Assembly (NCBI GenBank): GCA_964503265.1
Contig: CAZCYO010000003.1
Location: 91,575-155,574, forward strand
Direction: 5' to 3'
Source: an uncultured Gammaproteobacteria bacterium
Lineage (GTDB): Bacteria; Patescibacteriota; Microgenomatia; Levybacterales; UBA12049
DNA length: 64,000 nt
The notes beneath the pieces were generated by a model. The model searched no databases. It saw only the letters and a program-made list of their open reading frames with translations, and had not been told where the DNA came from. This document shows positions 48,008 through 58,406 of this stretch, one piece after another. The position numbers were made by a program, and so were the translations under genes. Position 1 is the first letter of the stretch. Each line of letters opens with the position of its first letter.

Positions 48008-48904
48008 ATGCAAGCAATACTAGGAAAAAAAATGGATCAACACCAACGCTTTTTAGAAAATGGGCGTCGTATTCCTGTGACTACTATTCAGGTTGCAACA
48101 AATACTATTCTGACAATTAAATCCGCCGACACTGACGGATATTCTGCTGTGCAAATTGGTACAGGTATTAGAAAACATACAACAAAAGCAATGATGGGAC
48201 ATGTAAAAAAAGCAAATATGACACATGTCCCTTCTCTTATTAAAGAGATTCGCGTTGATGGAAGTGATATGCCTGAACTTGGAAGTACACTTAAAGTTGA
48301 AGAAGTATTTGAAGTAGGAGATATTGTTCAGGTTACAGGTACTTCAAAAGGAAAAGGGTTTGCTGGTGTTATGAAACGACATAACTTTAGAGGTGGTCCT
48401 CGAACTCATGGACAATCAGACCGCGAACGTGCACCTGGGTCTATTGGTCAAACAACAACACCTGGTCGAGTATATCGTGGTAAAAGAATGGCAGGTCATA
48501 TGGGAGTTGAGCAGGTAACAATTAAAAATATTATGGTAGTTTCTGTTGATGCTAGTACGCAAACACTTCTTGTTGATGGACTTGTTCCTGGTTCACGAAA
48601 TGGTATGCTTATTATCAAAAAAACGGGTACAGATAAAAAATATGTTCCACTTCAGAAAACTGCTGCAGAACAAAAAATTGCTGATGCACTTGCAGAAGAA
48701 ACAAGAATTGCTGAAGAAAAAATAGCAGCTGAAGCAGCATTAGAAGCAGAAAAGATTGCAGCAGAAACTGCAAAGCAGGCAGAATCAGAAGTTCAACCAG
48801 AAGCTGAAGTTACTGAAGCGTCACAGCCTACGGTTGAAGAAGTAAATGCAGACGAATCTGTTAGAGAAGAAAAGAAAGAAGAGGTCGTTGAAGATGGCAA
48901 ATAA
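48008..48904 (+). CDS. rplC: 50S ribosomal protein L3 with ~90-aa acidic Ala/Glu-rich C-terminal extension
   Basis: uL3 core (VTGTSKGKGFAGVMKRHNF) plus an extension at 48635-48904 (AEQKIADALAEETRIAEEKIAAEAALEAEK...). Confidence 0.9.
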   Translation: MQAILGKKMDQHQRFLENGRRIPVTTIQVATNTILTIKSADTDGYSAVQIGTGIRKHTTKAMMGHVKKANMTHVPSLIKEIRVDGSDMPELGSTLKVEEVFEVGDIVQVTGTSKGKGFAGVMKRHNFRGGPRTHGQSDRERAPGSIGQTTTPGRVYRGKRMAGHMGVEQVTIKNIMVVSVDASTQTLLVDGLVPGSRNGMLIIKKTGTDKKYVPLQKTAAEQKIADALAEETRIAEEKIAAEAALEAEKIAAETAKQAESEVQPEAEVTEASQPTVEEVNADESVREEKKEEVVEDGK

Positions 48905-49634
48905 AAAAATAATAGAATTAGTCAGCGAAGCAGAAGTGTCTGAAAATAAAAATGTAGTTAAAAAAGCAGCTGCGGTAAAAGCAGATAAGAAAGATAATAC
49001 TTCAATGAAAATATCTGAATATGATGTTACTGGTAAAGTAACTGGTAATATTTCACTACCTGAAAGTGTTTTTGGAGCAAAAATAAATAAGCCGCTTCTT
49101 GCACAAGCAGTCCGAGTTTATCTAGCTAACCAGAGAAGTGGTACAGCATCGACGAAATCTCGTGGTGAAGTTGATTTAACTACCGCAAAATGGTATCGAC
49201 AAAAAGGTACAGGACGTGCACGACATGGTGCAAAATCAGCGCCAATTTTCGTTAAAGGAGGAGTTGCTCATGGCCCAAAACCTCATGATTTTGGACTAGA
49301 TCTTCCTAAGAAAATGCGTCTAGCAGCGCTTCTTTCAGCACTTAGTAGTAAACACGTAGATGGTAACGTTATGGTGATTAATGATTTAGCAGCAATTACT
49401 CCTAAAACAAAGCATGTTGTTTCTCTTTTGAAAACACTTGGTGTTGCTGATAAAAAAATGAAAGTAGTCTTTGTCATTGGTGAAAAGTCAGAGAATATTA
49501 TCCGTGCAAGTCGAAATGTTGATGGAGTCACGTATCTTTCTGTATCTCAATTATCAGCATATCCAGTACTTGAAGCAAAAAAACTTATTTTCGCAAAAGA
49601 TACAATTGCAATACTTGAAAAGAAAGTAGCATAA
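48894..49634 (+). CDS. rplD: 50S ribosomal protein L4 (N-terminally extended)
   Basis: uL4 core (TAKWYRQKGTGRARHG). The start MANKKII overlaps the rplC end. Confidence 0.85.
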   Translation: MANKKIIELVSEAEVSENKNVVKKAAAVKADKKDNTSMKISEYDVTGKVTGNISLPESVFGAKINKPLLAQAVRVYLANQRSGTASTKSRGEVDLTTAKWYRQKGTGRARHGAKSAPIFVKGGVAHGPKPHDFGLDLPKKMRLAALLSALSSKHVDGNVMVINDLAAITPKTKHVVSLLKTLGVADKKMKVVFVIGEKSENIIRASRNVDGVTYLSVSQLSAYPVLEAKKLIFAKDTIAILEKKVA

Positions 49635-49636
49635 CT

Positions 49637-49930
49637 ATGGACATTAATACAATTATTATTAAACCAATTATTACAGAAAAATCCATGTCAGATGCTGGAA
49701 ATGGTAAATTTACATTCTTGGTTCGCTCAGATTCGAATAAAACGATGATAAAAAAAGCTGTTGAAAAAAAGTTCGAAGTGCATGTCGTGAGTCTAACGAC
49801 AGCTCTTACGAAAGGAAAATCAAAGAGAGTTGGCGCACGAAGAGAAGAGAAAGTACTGTCATCAGTGAAAAAAACTATTGTGACTCTTAGGAAAGGAGAA
49901 AAGATTAGCCTCTTCTCACTTAGCGAGTAA
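49637..49930 (+). CDS. rplW: 50S ribosomal protein L23
   Basis: IIKPIITEKS...GKFTFLVRSDSNKTMIKKAVEKKF. Confidence 0.9.
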   Translation: MDINTIIIKPIITEKSMSDAGNGKFTFLVRSDSNKTMIKKAVEKKFEVHVVSLTTALTKGKSKRVGARREEKVLSSVKKTIVTLRKGEKISLFSLSE

Positions 49931-49932
49931 AA

Positions 49933-50700
49933 TTGCAAAGCGAGGCTAAATGTGGTAGTATGAAGAACTTAAAAGTAATTAGAAAGAAAAATGGAGGACG
50001 AGACTTTTCTGGAAAGGTTGTTGTTCGACATCAAGGCGGAGAACATAAACGATTCATCCGTACAATTGATTTTAAGCGTAATAAAATTGGTATTACAGGT
50101 CGGGTTGAGGCAATTGAATACGATCCTAATAGAACATGTGAAATTGCGCTTATTCACTATACCGATGGTGATAAGCGATATATATTGAGTCCAAACGGAC
50201 TTAAGGTTAATGATACAATTGTATCAGGCCCAACAGCAGATATTAAAATTGGAAATGCCCTTCCACTCAATGTTCTTCAAGTTGGTACGACTGTTCATAA
50301 TATTGAACTGACTCCTGGACGTGGAGGACAGATTGCACGTGGTGCTGGAACTGCCGCAATTGTGTCTGCACGTGAGGGTGATTTTGTTCACTTAAAGATG
50401 CCATCTGGAGAAATTCGTCAAATTCGAGGAATCGGATATGCGACTATTGGTCAAGTTGGAAATATTGATTGGAAAAATGAAGAAATTGGCTCTGCAGGAA
50501 GAGCTAGGCATATGGGAATTCGTCCAACTGTTAGAGGAGTAGCTCAGAATCCTCGATCACATCCTCATGGAGGAGGAGAAGGCCGAAGTGGTATTGGTAT
50601 GGCTACACCAAAAACATATGCAGGACGTCCTGCGGTTGGTAAAACAAGAAAACCGAAGAAATATTCTAATAAATATATATTGCAAAGGAGAAAGAAATAA
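49933..50700 (+). CDS. rplB: 50S ribosomal protein L2
   Basis: uL2 motifs ([30 protein letters not shown]). It appears to lack ~30 N-proximal residues relative to E. coli uL2. Confidence 0.9.
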   Translation: MQSEAKCGSMKNLKVIRKKNGGRDFSGKVVVRHQGGEHKRFIRTIDFKRNKIGITGRVEAIEYDPNRTCEIALIHYTDGDKRYILSPNGLKVNDTIVSGPTADIKIGNALPLNVLQVGTTVHNIELTPGRGGQIARGAGTAAIVSAREGDFVHLKMPSGEIRQIRGIGYATIGQVGNIDWKNEEIGSAGRARHMGIRPTVRGVAQNPRSHPHGGGEGRSGIGMATPKTYAGRPAVGKTRKPKKYSNKYILQRRKK

Positions 50701-50984
50701 TGGGAAGAAGTCTTAAAAAAGGGCCATATATTGACCCGAAATTATTGAAAAAAGTTATCGCTCAAAAAAGTAGCGGTAATCATGATGTCATTAAAACGTG
50801 GGCTCGTGCTTGCCAGATCCCACCAGATTTTGTTGGACACACTATTGGTGTTTATAATGGTCGAACACATATTAATGTATTAGTAAGTGAAGGAATGGTT
50901 GGACATCGACTCGGTGAATTTTCACCAACAAGAACATTTAGAACTCATGGAAGAATTGTAGCTCGTGAGATTACAAAAACATAA
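50700..50984 (+). CDS. rpsS: 30S ribosomal protein S19
   Basis: [11 protein letters not shown]...HTIGVYNGR. Confidence 0.9.
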   Translation: MGRSLKKGPYIDPKLLKKVIAQKSSGNHDVIKTWARACQIPPDFVGHTIGVYNGRTHINVLVSEGMVGHRLGEFSPTRTFRTHGRIVAREITKT

Positions 50985-50988
50985 TAGT

Positions 50989-51330
50989 ATGGAAATTATT
51001 GCACAAACAAACTCAATTAGAATTAGTACACGGAAAGTTCGCTTAATTGTCGATACTGTTCGTCATATGTCAATTGATAATGCTTTGATAACATTAAAAA
51101 TGATTAACAAGCGTGGTGCAAGTGTTATTGAGAAAACAATTCAAAGTGCTGTGGCTAATGCAGTTCATAATGCGAAACTTGATGCTAAAACGCTTAAAAT
51201 TGCTCGTATTGATGTAGGAGAAGGACAGTCTCTTAAAAGATTTCATGCATCTACTCGTGGAAGAATTCATCCATACAAAAAAAGAAGTAGCCATGTTCGA
51301 GTTGTTCTCACAGAAGGAGGAAGTAAATAA
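50989..51330 (+). CDS. rplV: 50S ribosomal protein L22
   Basis: MEIIAQTNSIRISTRKVRLIVD matches the uL22 N-terminus. The ORF-track start is 50965. Confidence 0.9.
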   Translation: MEIIAQTNSIRISTRKVRLIVDTVRHMSIDNALITLKMINKRGASVIEKTIQSAVANAVHNAKLDAKTLKIARIDVGEGQSLKRFHASTRGRIHPYKKRSSHVRVVLTEGGSK

Positions 51331-51981
51331 ATGGGACAGAAAGTAAATCCACATTTAATCCGACTTCGTGAAATGCATGGATGGGATAGTCGATGGTTTA
51401 ATGAGAAAAATTATAAAGATATTGTTCTTGAAGATTTTCAATTACGAAAACTTCTTATGAATAGATTACAGGCTGCTGGGATTTCAAAAATTGAAATTGA
51501 GAGATCGATTAATAGTATTAAAGTAATCCCACATGTTTCAAAGCCAGGAATTGTTATCGGGCGTGGTGGATCAGGACTTGAAGATTTAAAAAAATTTATT
51601 ACGGTATTTTTTACTAAGAAATATGGAAAAAAGGTTCCACGAATTGAATTTGATATTCAAGGAATTAAAGAACCGAATCTTGATGCTCATTTAGTTGCAA
51701 AGAATATTTCTGATCAACTGCTGAGACGTCTTCCATATAAAAGAATTTTAGTTCAAACAGCGGATAAAGTTATTTCAAGTGGGGCACAAGGTGTGCGTAT
51801 CTTACTTGCAGGAAGAATTGCAGGAGCTGAAATCGGAAGACGAGAAAAAATACAAGTTGGAACAGTACCATTATCAACGATACGGGCAAAAATTAACTAT
51901 GCAAGTTACCCATCATTAACAAAAAAAGGATATATCGGAATTAAAGTTTGGATTAATAGTCCAAAAGAAGGAATAAAATAA
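51331..51981 (+). CDS. rpsC: 30S ribosomal protein S3
   Basis: [12 protein letters not shown] and a KH domain. Confidence 0.9.
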   Translation: MGQKVNPHLIRLREMHGWDSRWFNEKNYKDIVLEDFQLRKLLMNRLQAAGISKIEIERSINSIKVIPHVSKPGIVIGRGGSGLEDLKKFITVFFTKKYGKKVPRIEFDIQGIKEPNLDAHLVAKNISDQLLRRLPYKRILVQTADKVISSGAQGVRILLAGRIAGAEIGRREKIQVGTVPLSTIRAKINYASYPSLTKKGYIGIKVWINSPKEGIK

Positions 51982-52394
51982 TGTTAGCACCAAGAAGAGT
52001 AAAATATCGAAAACAAATGCGCGGAAAAATGAAAGGCGTTGCTCATAGTGGAAACGAAATGGCATATGGTGAATATGGTTTAACAGCTGAAGAAATGGGA
52101 TGGATTTCTTCTCGTCAAATTGAATCAGCACGTCGTGCGATTACTCACTATACTGCTCGAGGTGGAAGACTTTGGATTAAAATATTTCCAGATAAACCAA
52201 TTACAAAAAAACCACCAGAAGTTCGTATGGGAAGCGGAAAAGGTGATGTTCATGAATATGTCGCACCAGTCAAGGCTGGAAGAATATTATTTGAACTTGG
52301 TGGAGTAAGTCGCGAAGTTGCAATGGAAGCACTACGACTTGCATCACATAAGTTACCTGTAAAAACAAAATTTATAGCTAAAAAGGATAACTAA
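51981..52394 (+). CDS. rplP: 50S ribosomal protein L16
   Basis: [19 protein letters not shown]. Confidence 0.9.
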   Translation: MLAPRRVKYRKQMRGKMKGVAHSGNEMAYGEYGLTAEEMGWISSRQIESARRAITHYTARGGRLWIKIFPDKPITKKPPEVRMGSGKGDVHEYVAPVKAGRILFELGGVSREVAMEALRLASHKLPVKTKFIAKKDN

Positions 52395-52396
52395 TT

Positions 52397-52606
52397 ATGA
52401 AAACAAAAGATATTAAAGATTTACATACAAAAACGATTGATGAATTAAAAAAAATGATTCACGAATCACGTGCTGCTTTGTTTCAGATGAGACTTGATGC
52501 AACACAGTTTAAAGTTAAAAACACGAGTGCGCTTTCAACTAATCGTCATGATATTGCACGAATGATGAGTGTACTTCGTGGAAAGGAGAAAAGTAATAAT
52601 GGCTAA
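52397..52606 (+). CDS. rpmC: 50S ribosomal protein L29
   Basis: DLHTKTIDELKKMIHESRAALFQMRL. Confidence 0.85.
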   Translation: MKTKDIKDLHTKTIDELKKMIHESRAALFQMRLDATQFKVKNTSALSTNRHDIARMMSVLRGKEKSNNG

Positions 52607-52838
52607 ACAATTAACAGGAATCGTAGTTTCAAATAGTATGCAAAATACAATTGTCGTTGAGGTTGTTAGACGAACTCCTCACCCACTGTATAAGAAACTT
52701 ATTAAAAGAAGTAAAAAAATTAAAGCAGATACTAACGGAAAACAGGTTGAAGTTGGCACACGTGTTATAATTGCTGAAACAAAACCACTTTCGAAAGATA
52801 AACATTTTATACTTGTCACTAAGGAGGAAATAAAGTAA
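52599..52838 (+). CDS. rpsQ: 30S ribosomal protein S17
   Basis: [18 protein letters not shown]...[16 protein letters not shown]. Start at MAKQL. Confidence 0.9.
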   Translation: MAKQLTGIVVSNSMQNTIVVEVVRRTPHPLYKKLIKRSKKIKADTNGKQVEVGTRVIIAETKPLSKDKHFILVTKEEIK

Positions 52839-53212
52839 TGCTACAAGAAAGAAGTATGCTCGTATCAGCAGATAATTCAGGAGCAAAGTTGCTCATGGTT
52901 ATCCATGTCTTTGGTGGATCAAGAACAAAATTCGGAAGAGTTGGAGATATCGTTAACTGTGTGGTAAAACAAGCTAACCCACATGGAAATGTGAAAGACG
53001 GAGAAATGGTAAAGGTTGTTATTGTTCGAACACGAAAAGAGCACCGACGTTCTGATGGATCTTATATTCGTTTCTCAGAAAATGCTGGTGTACTTATAGA
53101 TAATAAAAAAGACAAAAATCCAAAAGGTACTCGTATCTTTGGTCCGATTGCTCGAGAAGTTCGTGATCGTGGGTATATGAAGATTGCTAGTATGGCACCA
53201 GAAGTGCTTTAA
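52838..53212 (+). CDS. rplN: 50S ribosomal protein L14
   Basis: [17 protein letters not shown]...[12 protein letters not shown]...[11 protein letters not shown]. Confidence 0.9.
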   Translation: MLQERSMLVSADNSGAKLLMVIHVFGGSRTKFGRVGDIVNCVVKQANPHGNVKDGEMVKVVIVRTRKEHRRSDGSYIRFSENAGVLIDNKKDKNPKGTRIFGPIAREVRDRGYMKIASMAPEVL

Positions 53213-53216
53213 ATAT

Positions 53217-53522
53217 ATGAAAATACATAAAGGAGATACAGTAAAAGTTGTAACAGGAAAAGAAAACGGTAAAACGGGTAAAGTTGAACGTATTTTTGAT
53301 AAAGAGTCAAAAGTACTTGTTGAAGGCCTTAATCAAGTCAAACGACATATGAAAGCACGTTCTCAAACTCAGCCTGCTGAAATTGTTATGTTAACAAAGC
53401 CATTACCTGTAGCAAACGTTGCATTAGTTTGTCCACAGTGTAAACAGCCTACACGAATTGGTTATATTATTGAAAAAGGTGTTAAATCACGCATCTGTAA
53501 AAAATGTGATAAAAAAATCTAA
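53217..53522 (+). CDS. rplX: 50S ribosomal protein L24 with C-terminal C4 zinc-ribbon-like extension
   Basis: KOW motif (KGDTVKVVTGKENGKTGKV) followed by CPQC...CKKC (nt 53430-53507). Confidence 0.85.
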   Translation: MKIHKGDTVKVVTGKENGKTGKVERIFDKESKVLVEGLNQVKRHMKARSQTQPAEIVMLTKPLPVANVALVCPQCKQPTRIGYIIEKGVKSRICKKCDKKI

Positions 53523-53524
53523 TC

Positions 53525-54079
53525 ATGGAAAACTTACAAGAACACTATAAAAAAACATTAAGTAAAGAAATCCAAACCAAATTGGGTCTTACGAATGTAA
53601 TGGCTACACCTAAAGTTAAGAAAATTGTCTTAAATATGGGAATTCGCGACGCAGTTGCTGATAAAAAGAATATTGAACGAGCAACAAAAGCATTAACACA
53701 AATTGCTGGGCAGAAACCGAAAACGACACGCGCAAAAAAATCAATTGCTAGTTTCAAACTTCGTCAGGGAGATGCAATTGGGGTTGCAGTTACTCTTCGA
53801 GATAAAAGAATGTATGATTTTTTTGAGAAATTAGTTGGAATCGTTCTTCCACGACTTAAGGATTTTCGTGGAGTTCCACGAAAGAGCTTTGATGGACGAG
53901 GAAATTATACGCTTGGTTTTTCAGAATATGCTGTGTTCCCAGAGATTGATCCATCAACAGTTGAGCGAATTCAAGGTATGGAAGTCGTTATTACTACCAG
54001 CGCACGAACGAACGAAGAAGGAATGGCGCTCCTTGAAGCAATGGGCATGCCGTTTGAAAAGGAGGCTAAGAAAAGTTAG
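53525..54079 (+). CDS. rplE: 50S ribosomal protein L5
   Basis: uL5 signature (NVMATPKVKKIVLNMG..., RGNYTLGFSEYAVFPEI). Confidence 0.9.
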   Translation: MENLQEHYKKTLSKEIQTKLGLTNVMATPKVKKIVLNMGIRDAVADKKNIERATKALTQIAGQKPKTTRAKKSIASFKLRQGDAIGVAVTLRDKRMYDFFEKLVGIVLPRLKDFRGVPRKSFDGRGNYTLGFSEYAVFPEIDPSTVERIQGMEVVITTSARTNEEGMALLEAMGMPFEKEAKKS

Positions 54080-54135
54080 CGGAAAGTAAGTAGGCTTGTT
54101 ATTTAGCCTCATTCCGACTATAATCTCAAACACGT

Positions 54136-54321
54136 ATGGCAAAAGTATCGAGTATTGTTAAATTTGAAAAAAAACAAAAGTTCAGTAGTCGTGAAGTAAA
54201 TCGTTGTGGTATTTGTGGCCGTGCTCGAGCTTATATGCGACGATTTGGATTATGTAGATTGTGTTTTAGAGAAAGAGCATCAAAAGGAGAACTTCCAGGA
54301 ATATATAAAGCAACCTGGTAA
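54136..54321 (+). CDS. rpsZ: 30S ribosomal protein S14 type Z (zinc-binding)
   Basis: 61 aa. CGICGRARAYMRRFGLCRLCFR. Confidence 0.9.
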   Translation: MAKVSSIVKFEKKQKFSSREVNRCGICGRARAYMRRFGLCRLCFRERASKGELPGIYKATW

Positions 54322-54327
54322 AAATAT

Positions 54328-54717
54328 ATGAATTATCAAATCGCAGATTTTATTATTAGAATTAAAAACGCAGCAATGGCAAATCGCAAAGATGTGAAAA
54401 TGCCCTATGGTAATGTGCTTTTAGCAATTGGAAAAGTACTTGTTAAAGAAGGTTTCTTAAGTGAAATAAAAGAAGAAGTTGTGGATAACAAAAGAACACT
54501 TATCGCATCAGTTCGATATGTTCGTCGTAAACCAGTGGTTCATGATATTACTGTTATTTCTAAACCATCACTTCGTGTGTATAAACCAACAACCGAAGTT
54601 GGACAGAATAAAGATCGAGCTGTTACAACAATCTATTCAACTAGTAGTGGTGTTATGACAGGAAAAGACGCAGTAAAGAAAGGGGTAGGCGGAGAATTAC
54701 TCTTTGCTATCTGGTAA
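54328..54717 (+). CDS. rpsH: 30S ribosomal protein S8
   Basis: IADFIIRIKNAAMANRKDVKMPYGN...ISKPSLRVY. Confidence 0.9.
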   Translation: MNYQIADFIIRIKNAAMANRKDVKMPYGNVLLAIGKVLVKEGFLSEIKEEVVDNKRTLIASVRYVRRKPVVHDITVISKPSLRVYKPTTEVGQNKDRAVTTIYSTSSGVMTGKDAVKKGVGGELLFAIW

Positions 54718-54718
54718 T

Positions 54719-55270
54719 ATGTCAAAAATCGGAAAAATGCCAATTCAGATTCCAGAAGGCACAGCACTTACTGTAGAAGGTAATATGGCTAAACTTAATG
54801 GATTAAAAGGTGAAGCATCATTTGCCCTTCCAAAAGGTATGACAGCATCAGTTACTGAAGGTAAAATAGTAGTAACTTCAACGATCGCTAATGCGTCTAC
54901 TGCTAGTGCTATGTCTGGATTAGTTCGGGCTACTCTTGCAAATTTAGTTAAAGGGGTAACAGTAGGCTTTGAGAAAAAACTAGAGTTAGTTGGCGTGGGA
55001 TATCGAGCACAAATGCAGGGTGAAACACTTGTATTATCTCTTGGTTTTTCACATCCAGTGAAATTTACCCCGAAGCAAGGCGTAAAAATTTCTGTGGGAG
55101 AAAATATTGTAACGGTAGCTGGGATTTATAAAGATGAGGTTGGCGAACTTGCTGCAGTTATTAGAGCTGTCAAGCCACCTGAACCATACAAAGGAAAAGG
55201 AATAAAATACGTTGGTGAACACATTAGACGAAAAGCTGGAAAAGCAGCAAAAGCTGTAGGAAGTAAATAA
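54719..55270 (+). CDS. rplF: 50S ribosomal protein L6
   Basis: MSKIGKMPIQIP...VGVGYRA...LSLGFSHPV...PEPYKGKGIKY. Start at 54719. Confidence 0.9.
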   Translation: MSKIGKMPIQIPEGTALTVEGNMAKLNGLKGEASFALPKGMTASVTEGKIVVTSTIANASTASAMSGLVRATLANLVKGVTVGFEKKLELVGVGYRAQMQGETLVLSLGFSHPVKFTPKQGVKISVGENIVTVAGIYKDEVGELAAVIRAVKPPEPYKGKGIKYVGEHIRRKAGKAAKAVGSK

Positions 55271-55271
55271 T

Positions 55272-55616
55272 ATGACAATTAAAATAAAACAAAAATTACA
55301 ACGACAACAAAGAGTTCGAATAAAATTGCGACATGCGAATGCATTGCCAAGACTTTCTGTATATCGTTCAAATAAGCATATTTATGCACAGCTTATCGAT
55401 GATACAAAACAGATAACACTTTTTGGCGTATCAGAAAAGTCAATTAGCGTTAAAGGTACAAAAGTAGAAGTTGCTGCTATTCTTGGAAAGAAAATCGCAG
55501 AAATAGCGAAAGAAAAAAAGATTAGTGCGATCAAATTCGATAAGGGATCATATCGCTATCACGGGAGAATTAAAGCACTCGCTGATGGAGCTCGAGAAGG
55601 AGGATTAACATTCTAA
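55272..55616 (+). CDS. rplR: 50S ribosomal protein L18
   Basis: RLSVYRSNKHIYAQLIDD...KFDKGSYRYHGRIKALADGAREGGL. Confidence 0.9.
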   Translation: MTIKIKQKLQRQQRVRIKLRHANALPRLSVYRSNKHIYAQLIDDTKQITLFGVSEKSISVKGTKVEVAAILGKKIAEIAKEKKISAIKFDKGSYRYHGRIKALADGAREGGLTF

Positions 55617-56119
55617 TGAATAATAATAATCGAAGACAAGATACTAATCGTGAACCAAGTGAGTTTGCCGAACAAATTGTACAGATCAATCGTACATCTA
55701 AAAAAACAAAAGGTGGAAATAAAATTGGTTTTTCAGCACTTGCAGTCGTCGGAGATAAAAAAGGAAAAGTAGGAGTGGGTCTTGGTAAAGCGCCAGATGT
55801 ATCTAATGCTATTCGTAAAGGAATCTCACTTGCAAAAAAACATATGATTGAAGTTCCACTTATTAATGGGACAATTCCATTTAGAGTAGATATTAAATTA
55901 GGTGCAGCAAGAGTTATGTTAAAACCAGCACCTGTCGGGTCAGGGGTTATTGCTGGAGGAGCAGTTCGAAGCGTTGTGTCAGCTGCTGGAATTGAAAATA
56001 TTTCAAGTAAAGTACTTGGAACAAACAACAAAGCAAATAATGTTCAAGCAACACTTGAAGCATTACGAAGACTTTCAGAGAGACATATGCGTGCTAAAGA
56101 AACTAAATTAACAAAATAA
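55616..56119 (+). CDS. rpsE: 30S ribosomal protein S5
   Basis: VQINRTSKKTKGGNKIGFSALAVVGDKKGKVGVGLGKA. The next gene is rplO, with no rpmD (L30) between them. Confidence 0.9.
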   Translation: MNNNNRRQDTNREPSEFAEQIVQINRTSKKTKGGNKIGFSALAVVGDKKGKVGVGLGKAPDVSNAIRKGISLAKKHMIEVPLINGTIPFRVDIKLGAARVMLKPAPVGSGVIAGGAVRSVVSAAGIENISSKVLGTNNKANNVQATLEALRRLSERHMRAKETKLTK

Positions 56120-56120
56120 T

Positions 56121-56561
56121 ATGAACCTAACAGATTTAACAAAAATAGTAAAAACAAAATCTCGACGTCTTGGCCAGGGTCACGGAAGTGGACGTGGTAA
56201 AACAGGAGGAAGAGGAACAAAAGGAGATAAAGCACGCGGCAAATCTAAATTAGGGTTTGAAGGTGGAGCTTTACCACTTATTAAACGTCTTCCTTTTCAC
56301 AGGGGAAAGGATAAAAATAAATCTCTTAAAATCCCGACAATTATTCTTAATCTTTCAGATCTAGTAACTTTACCAAAAGATGCAGTAGTTGATACTGAAA
56401 CATTAGTTAAACATAATATTGTTAATGCTCGTGAAGCAGCTATGTCTAGTATTAAGATTCTAGGAAATGGTACAATTACTATGCCGCTTACAATCAAGCT
56501 CCCACTTTCTAAAAGTGCTAGAACGAAAGTTGAACAAGCTGGCGGCCAAGTATCCGAGTAA
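56121..56561 (+). CDS. rplO: 50S ribosomal protein L15
   Basis: RRLGQGHGSGRGKTGGRGTKG. Confidence 0.9.
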   Translation: MNLTDLTKIVKTKSRRLGQGHGSGRGKTGGRGTKGDKARGKSKLGFEGGALPLIKRLPFHRGKDKNKSLKIPTIILNLSDLVTLPKDAVVDTETLVKHNIVNAREAAMSSIKILGNGTITMPLTIKLPLSKSARTKVEQAGGQVSE

Positions 56562-56564
56562 TCC

Positions 56565-57860
56565 ATGAATAGTATCGCTGATGTCTTTCGTAATGCGTCA
56601 CGTTCACCAGAAGTGCGACGTAAAGTTATTTTTACCCTCCTCATTTTTCTTGTATTCCGAATTTTTGCACATATTCCAGTAGCGGGGGTAAATGTGGCTG
56701 TTCTTAAGACAACTTTTTCACAAAATGAATTCTTAGGCCTTCTTAACCTCTTTTCTGGTGGGACACTCGCCAATTTCTCTATTATGGCGCTAGGACTAAA
56801 TCCGTATATTAATGCGTCGATCATTATTCAGTTATTAACCCTTGTTTTCCCAAAACTAGAAGAAATGCAAAAAGAGGGAGAAGAAGGTAGAAGAAAAATG
56901 AATCAATATACTCGCTACATTGCTGTTCCTCTGGCTATTTTACAAGCAATCGGTATGTATGCACTTCTTCGAAGTCAAGGTATTATCGCGTTCTTATCGC
57001 CTCTCGGTCTACTAACATTTATCGCTACTATGGTTGCTGGAACTATGTTATTAGTATGGCTAGGTGAGCTGATTACAGAAAAAGGAGTGGGAAATGGCAT
57101 CTCAATTCTTATCTTTGGTGGTATCGTTGGAGCGCTTCCTGTTTCACTTGGCCAAACACTCCAAACAGCAACACCTGAAAGCAGACTCAACATCCTAGCC
57201 TTCACAGTACTTGGGTTATTAGTAATAGCATCGATTATTGTGATTACTGAAGCCACTCGACAAATCACTGTATTTTACGCCAGACGAGTCCGTGGAAATA
57301 GCATGGAAGGTGGCCAGTCCACACACTTGCCTCTTAGACTTAACCAGGCTGGGGTAATTCCGATTATCTTTGCCGTTTCACTTGTTCTACTCCCATCAAT
57401 GCTTGGGAATTTCTTTGTCTCTTCTAAAAATGCAGCAATGCACTCTGTTGGACTTTTCTTAACAACTGCATTCAATCCAGATGGTATCTGGTATAACCTT
57501 ATTTACTTCATCCTCGTTGTTGGTTTCACATTTTTCTACACAGCTGTTATTTTTAACCCTAAAAAGATTGCCGAAGAAATTCAAAAATATGGTGGCTTTA
57601 TTCCGGGTGTACGTCCTGGAAAGCCTACGGCTTCATATCTTAATTATATTTTGACGAGAATTACGCTGGTAGGAGCGATATTCTTGGGGTTAATTGCGAC
57701 ACTTCCTGTTATTGCCAAAGAGTTAACAGGTGTACAGACATTATTACTTGGAGGAACAGGTATTTTGATCGTAGTAAGTGTTGTCCTTGAATCATTTAAA
57801 GCAATTGAAGCAAACTTGGTAATGCGAAACTACGAAGGCTTTTTACAACGAAAAACATGA
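56565..57860 (+). CDS. secY: preprotein translocase subunit SecY
   Basis: Ten-TM architecture and position in the spc operon. The C-terminus reads NLVMRNYEGFLQ. Confidence 0.95.
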   Translation: MNSIADVFRNASRSPEVRRKVIFTLLIFLVFRIFAHIPVAGVNVAVLKTTFSQNEFLGLLNLFSGGTLANFSIMALGLNPYINASIIIQLLTLVFPKLEEMQKEGEEGRRKMNQYTRYIAVPLAILQAIGMYALLRSQGIIAFLSPLGLLTFIATMVAGTMLLVWLGELITEKGVGNGISILIFGGIVGALPVSLGQTLQTATPESRLNILAFTVLGLLVIASIIVITEATRQITVFYARRVRGNSMEGGQSTHLPLRLNQAGVIPIIFAVSLVLLPSMLGNFFVSSKNAAMHSVGLFLTTAFNPDGIWYNLIYFILVVGFTFFYTAVIFNPKKIAEEIQKYGGFIPGVRPGKPTASYLNYILTRITLVGAIFLGLIATLPVIAKELTGVQTLLLGGTGILIVVSVVLESFKAIEANLVMRNYEGFLQRKT

Positions 57861-58405
57861 AAATAATTATTATCGGTATCCAGGGTGCCGGAAAATCAAC
57901 TCAAGGAAATCTTCTCTCAAAAAAACTAGATATCCCTTATCTATCTACTGGTCATATCTTCCGCGAGATGGCGAAAGAACACACACCACTTGGAAGGTAT
58001 ATTAAAGAAACGATGAATGCTGGATTTCTTATTCCTGATGAGAAAACAGTGGGAATTGTAGAGGAATATTTAACTCGTCCAGAATATGAAAAAGGGTATA
58101 TCCTCGACGGATTTCCACGAACATTGAAACAAGCGGAAGCATTTGTCAACGGAGTCAGTGGTGTCGTATATCTGAAAGTCTCAGATAAAGAAGCATTATG
58201 GCGCCTTTCGTATCGTGAGGGTGAGTCAGCTGATGGAAGAGAAGATGAAACACTTGTAGCTATCAGAAAAAGAATTGAACTTTTCCACACACATACTAAA
58301 CCAGTCTTAGAATTTTATCGACACAAACATGTCCTGCACGAGATAAATGGGGAACAGGATATCGAAGACATCCACAAGGAAATAATGCAGAAATTAGGGA
58401 AATAG
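57857..58405 (+). CDS. adk: adenylate kinase (short, no zinc lid)
   Basis: IIGIQGAGKSTQ P-loop. Confidence 0.85.
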   Translation: MKIIIIGIQGAGKSTQGNLLSKKLDIPYLSTGHIFREMAKEHTPLGRYIKETMNAGFLIPDEKTVGIVEEYLTRPEYEKGYILDGFPRTLKQAEAFVNGVSGVVYLKVSDKEALWRLSYREGESADGREDETLVAIRKRIELFHTHTKPVLEFYRHKHVLHEINGEQDIEDIHKEIMQKLGK

Positions 58406-58406
58406 T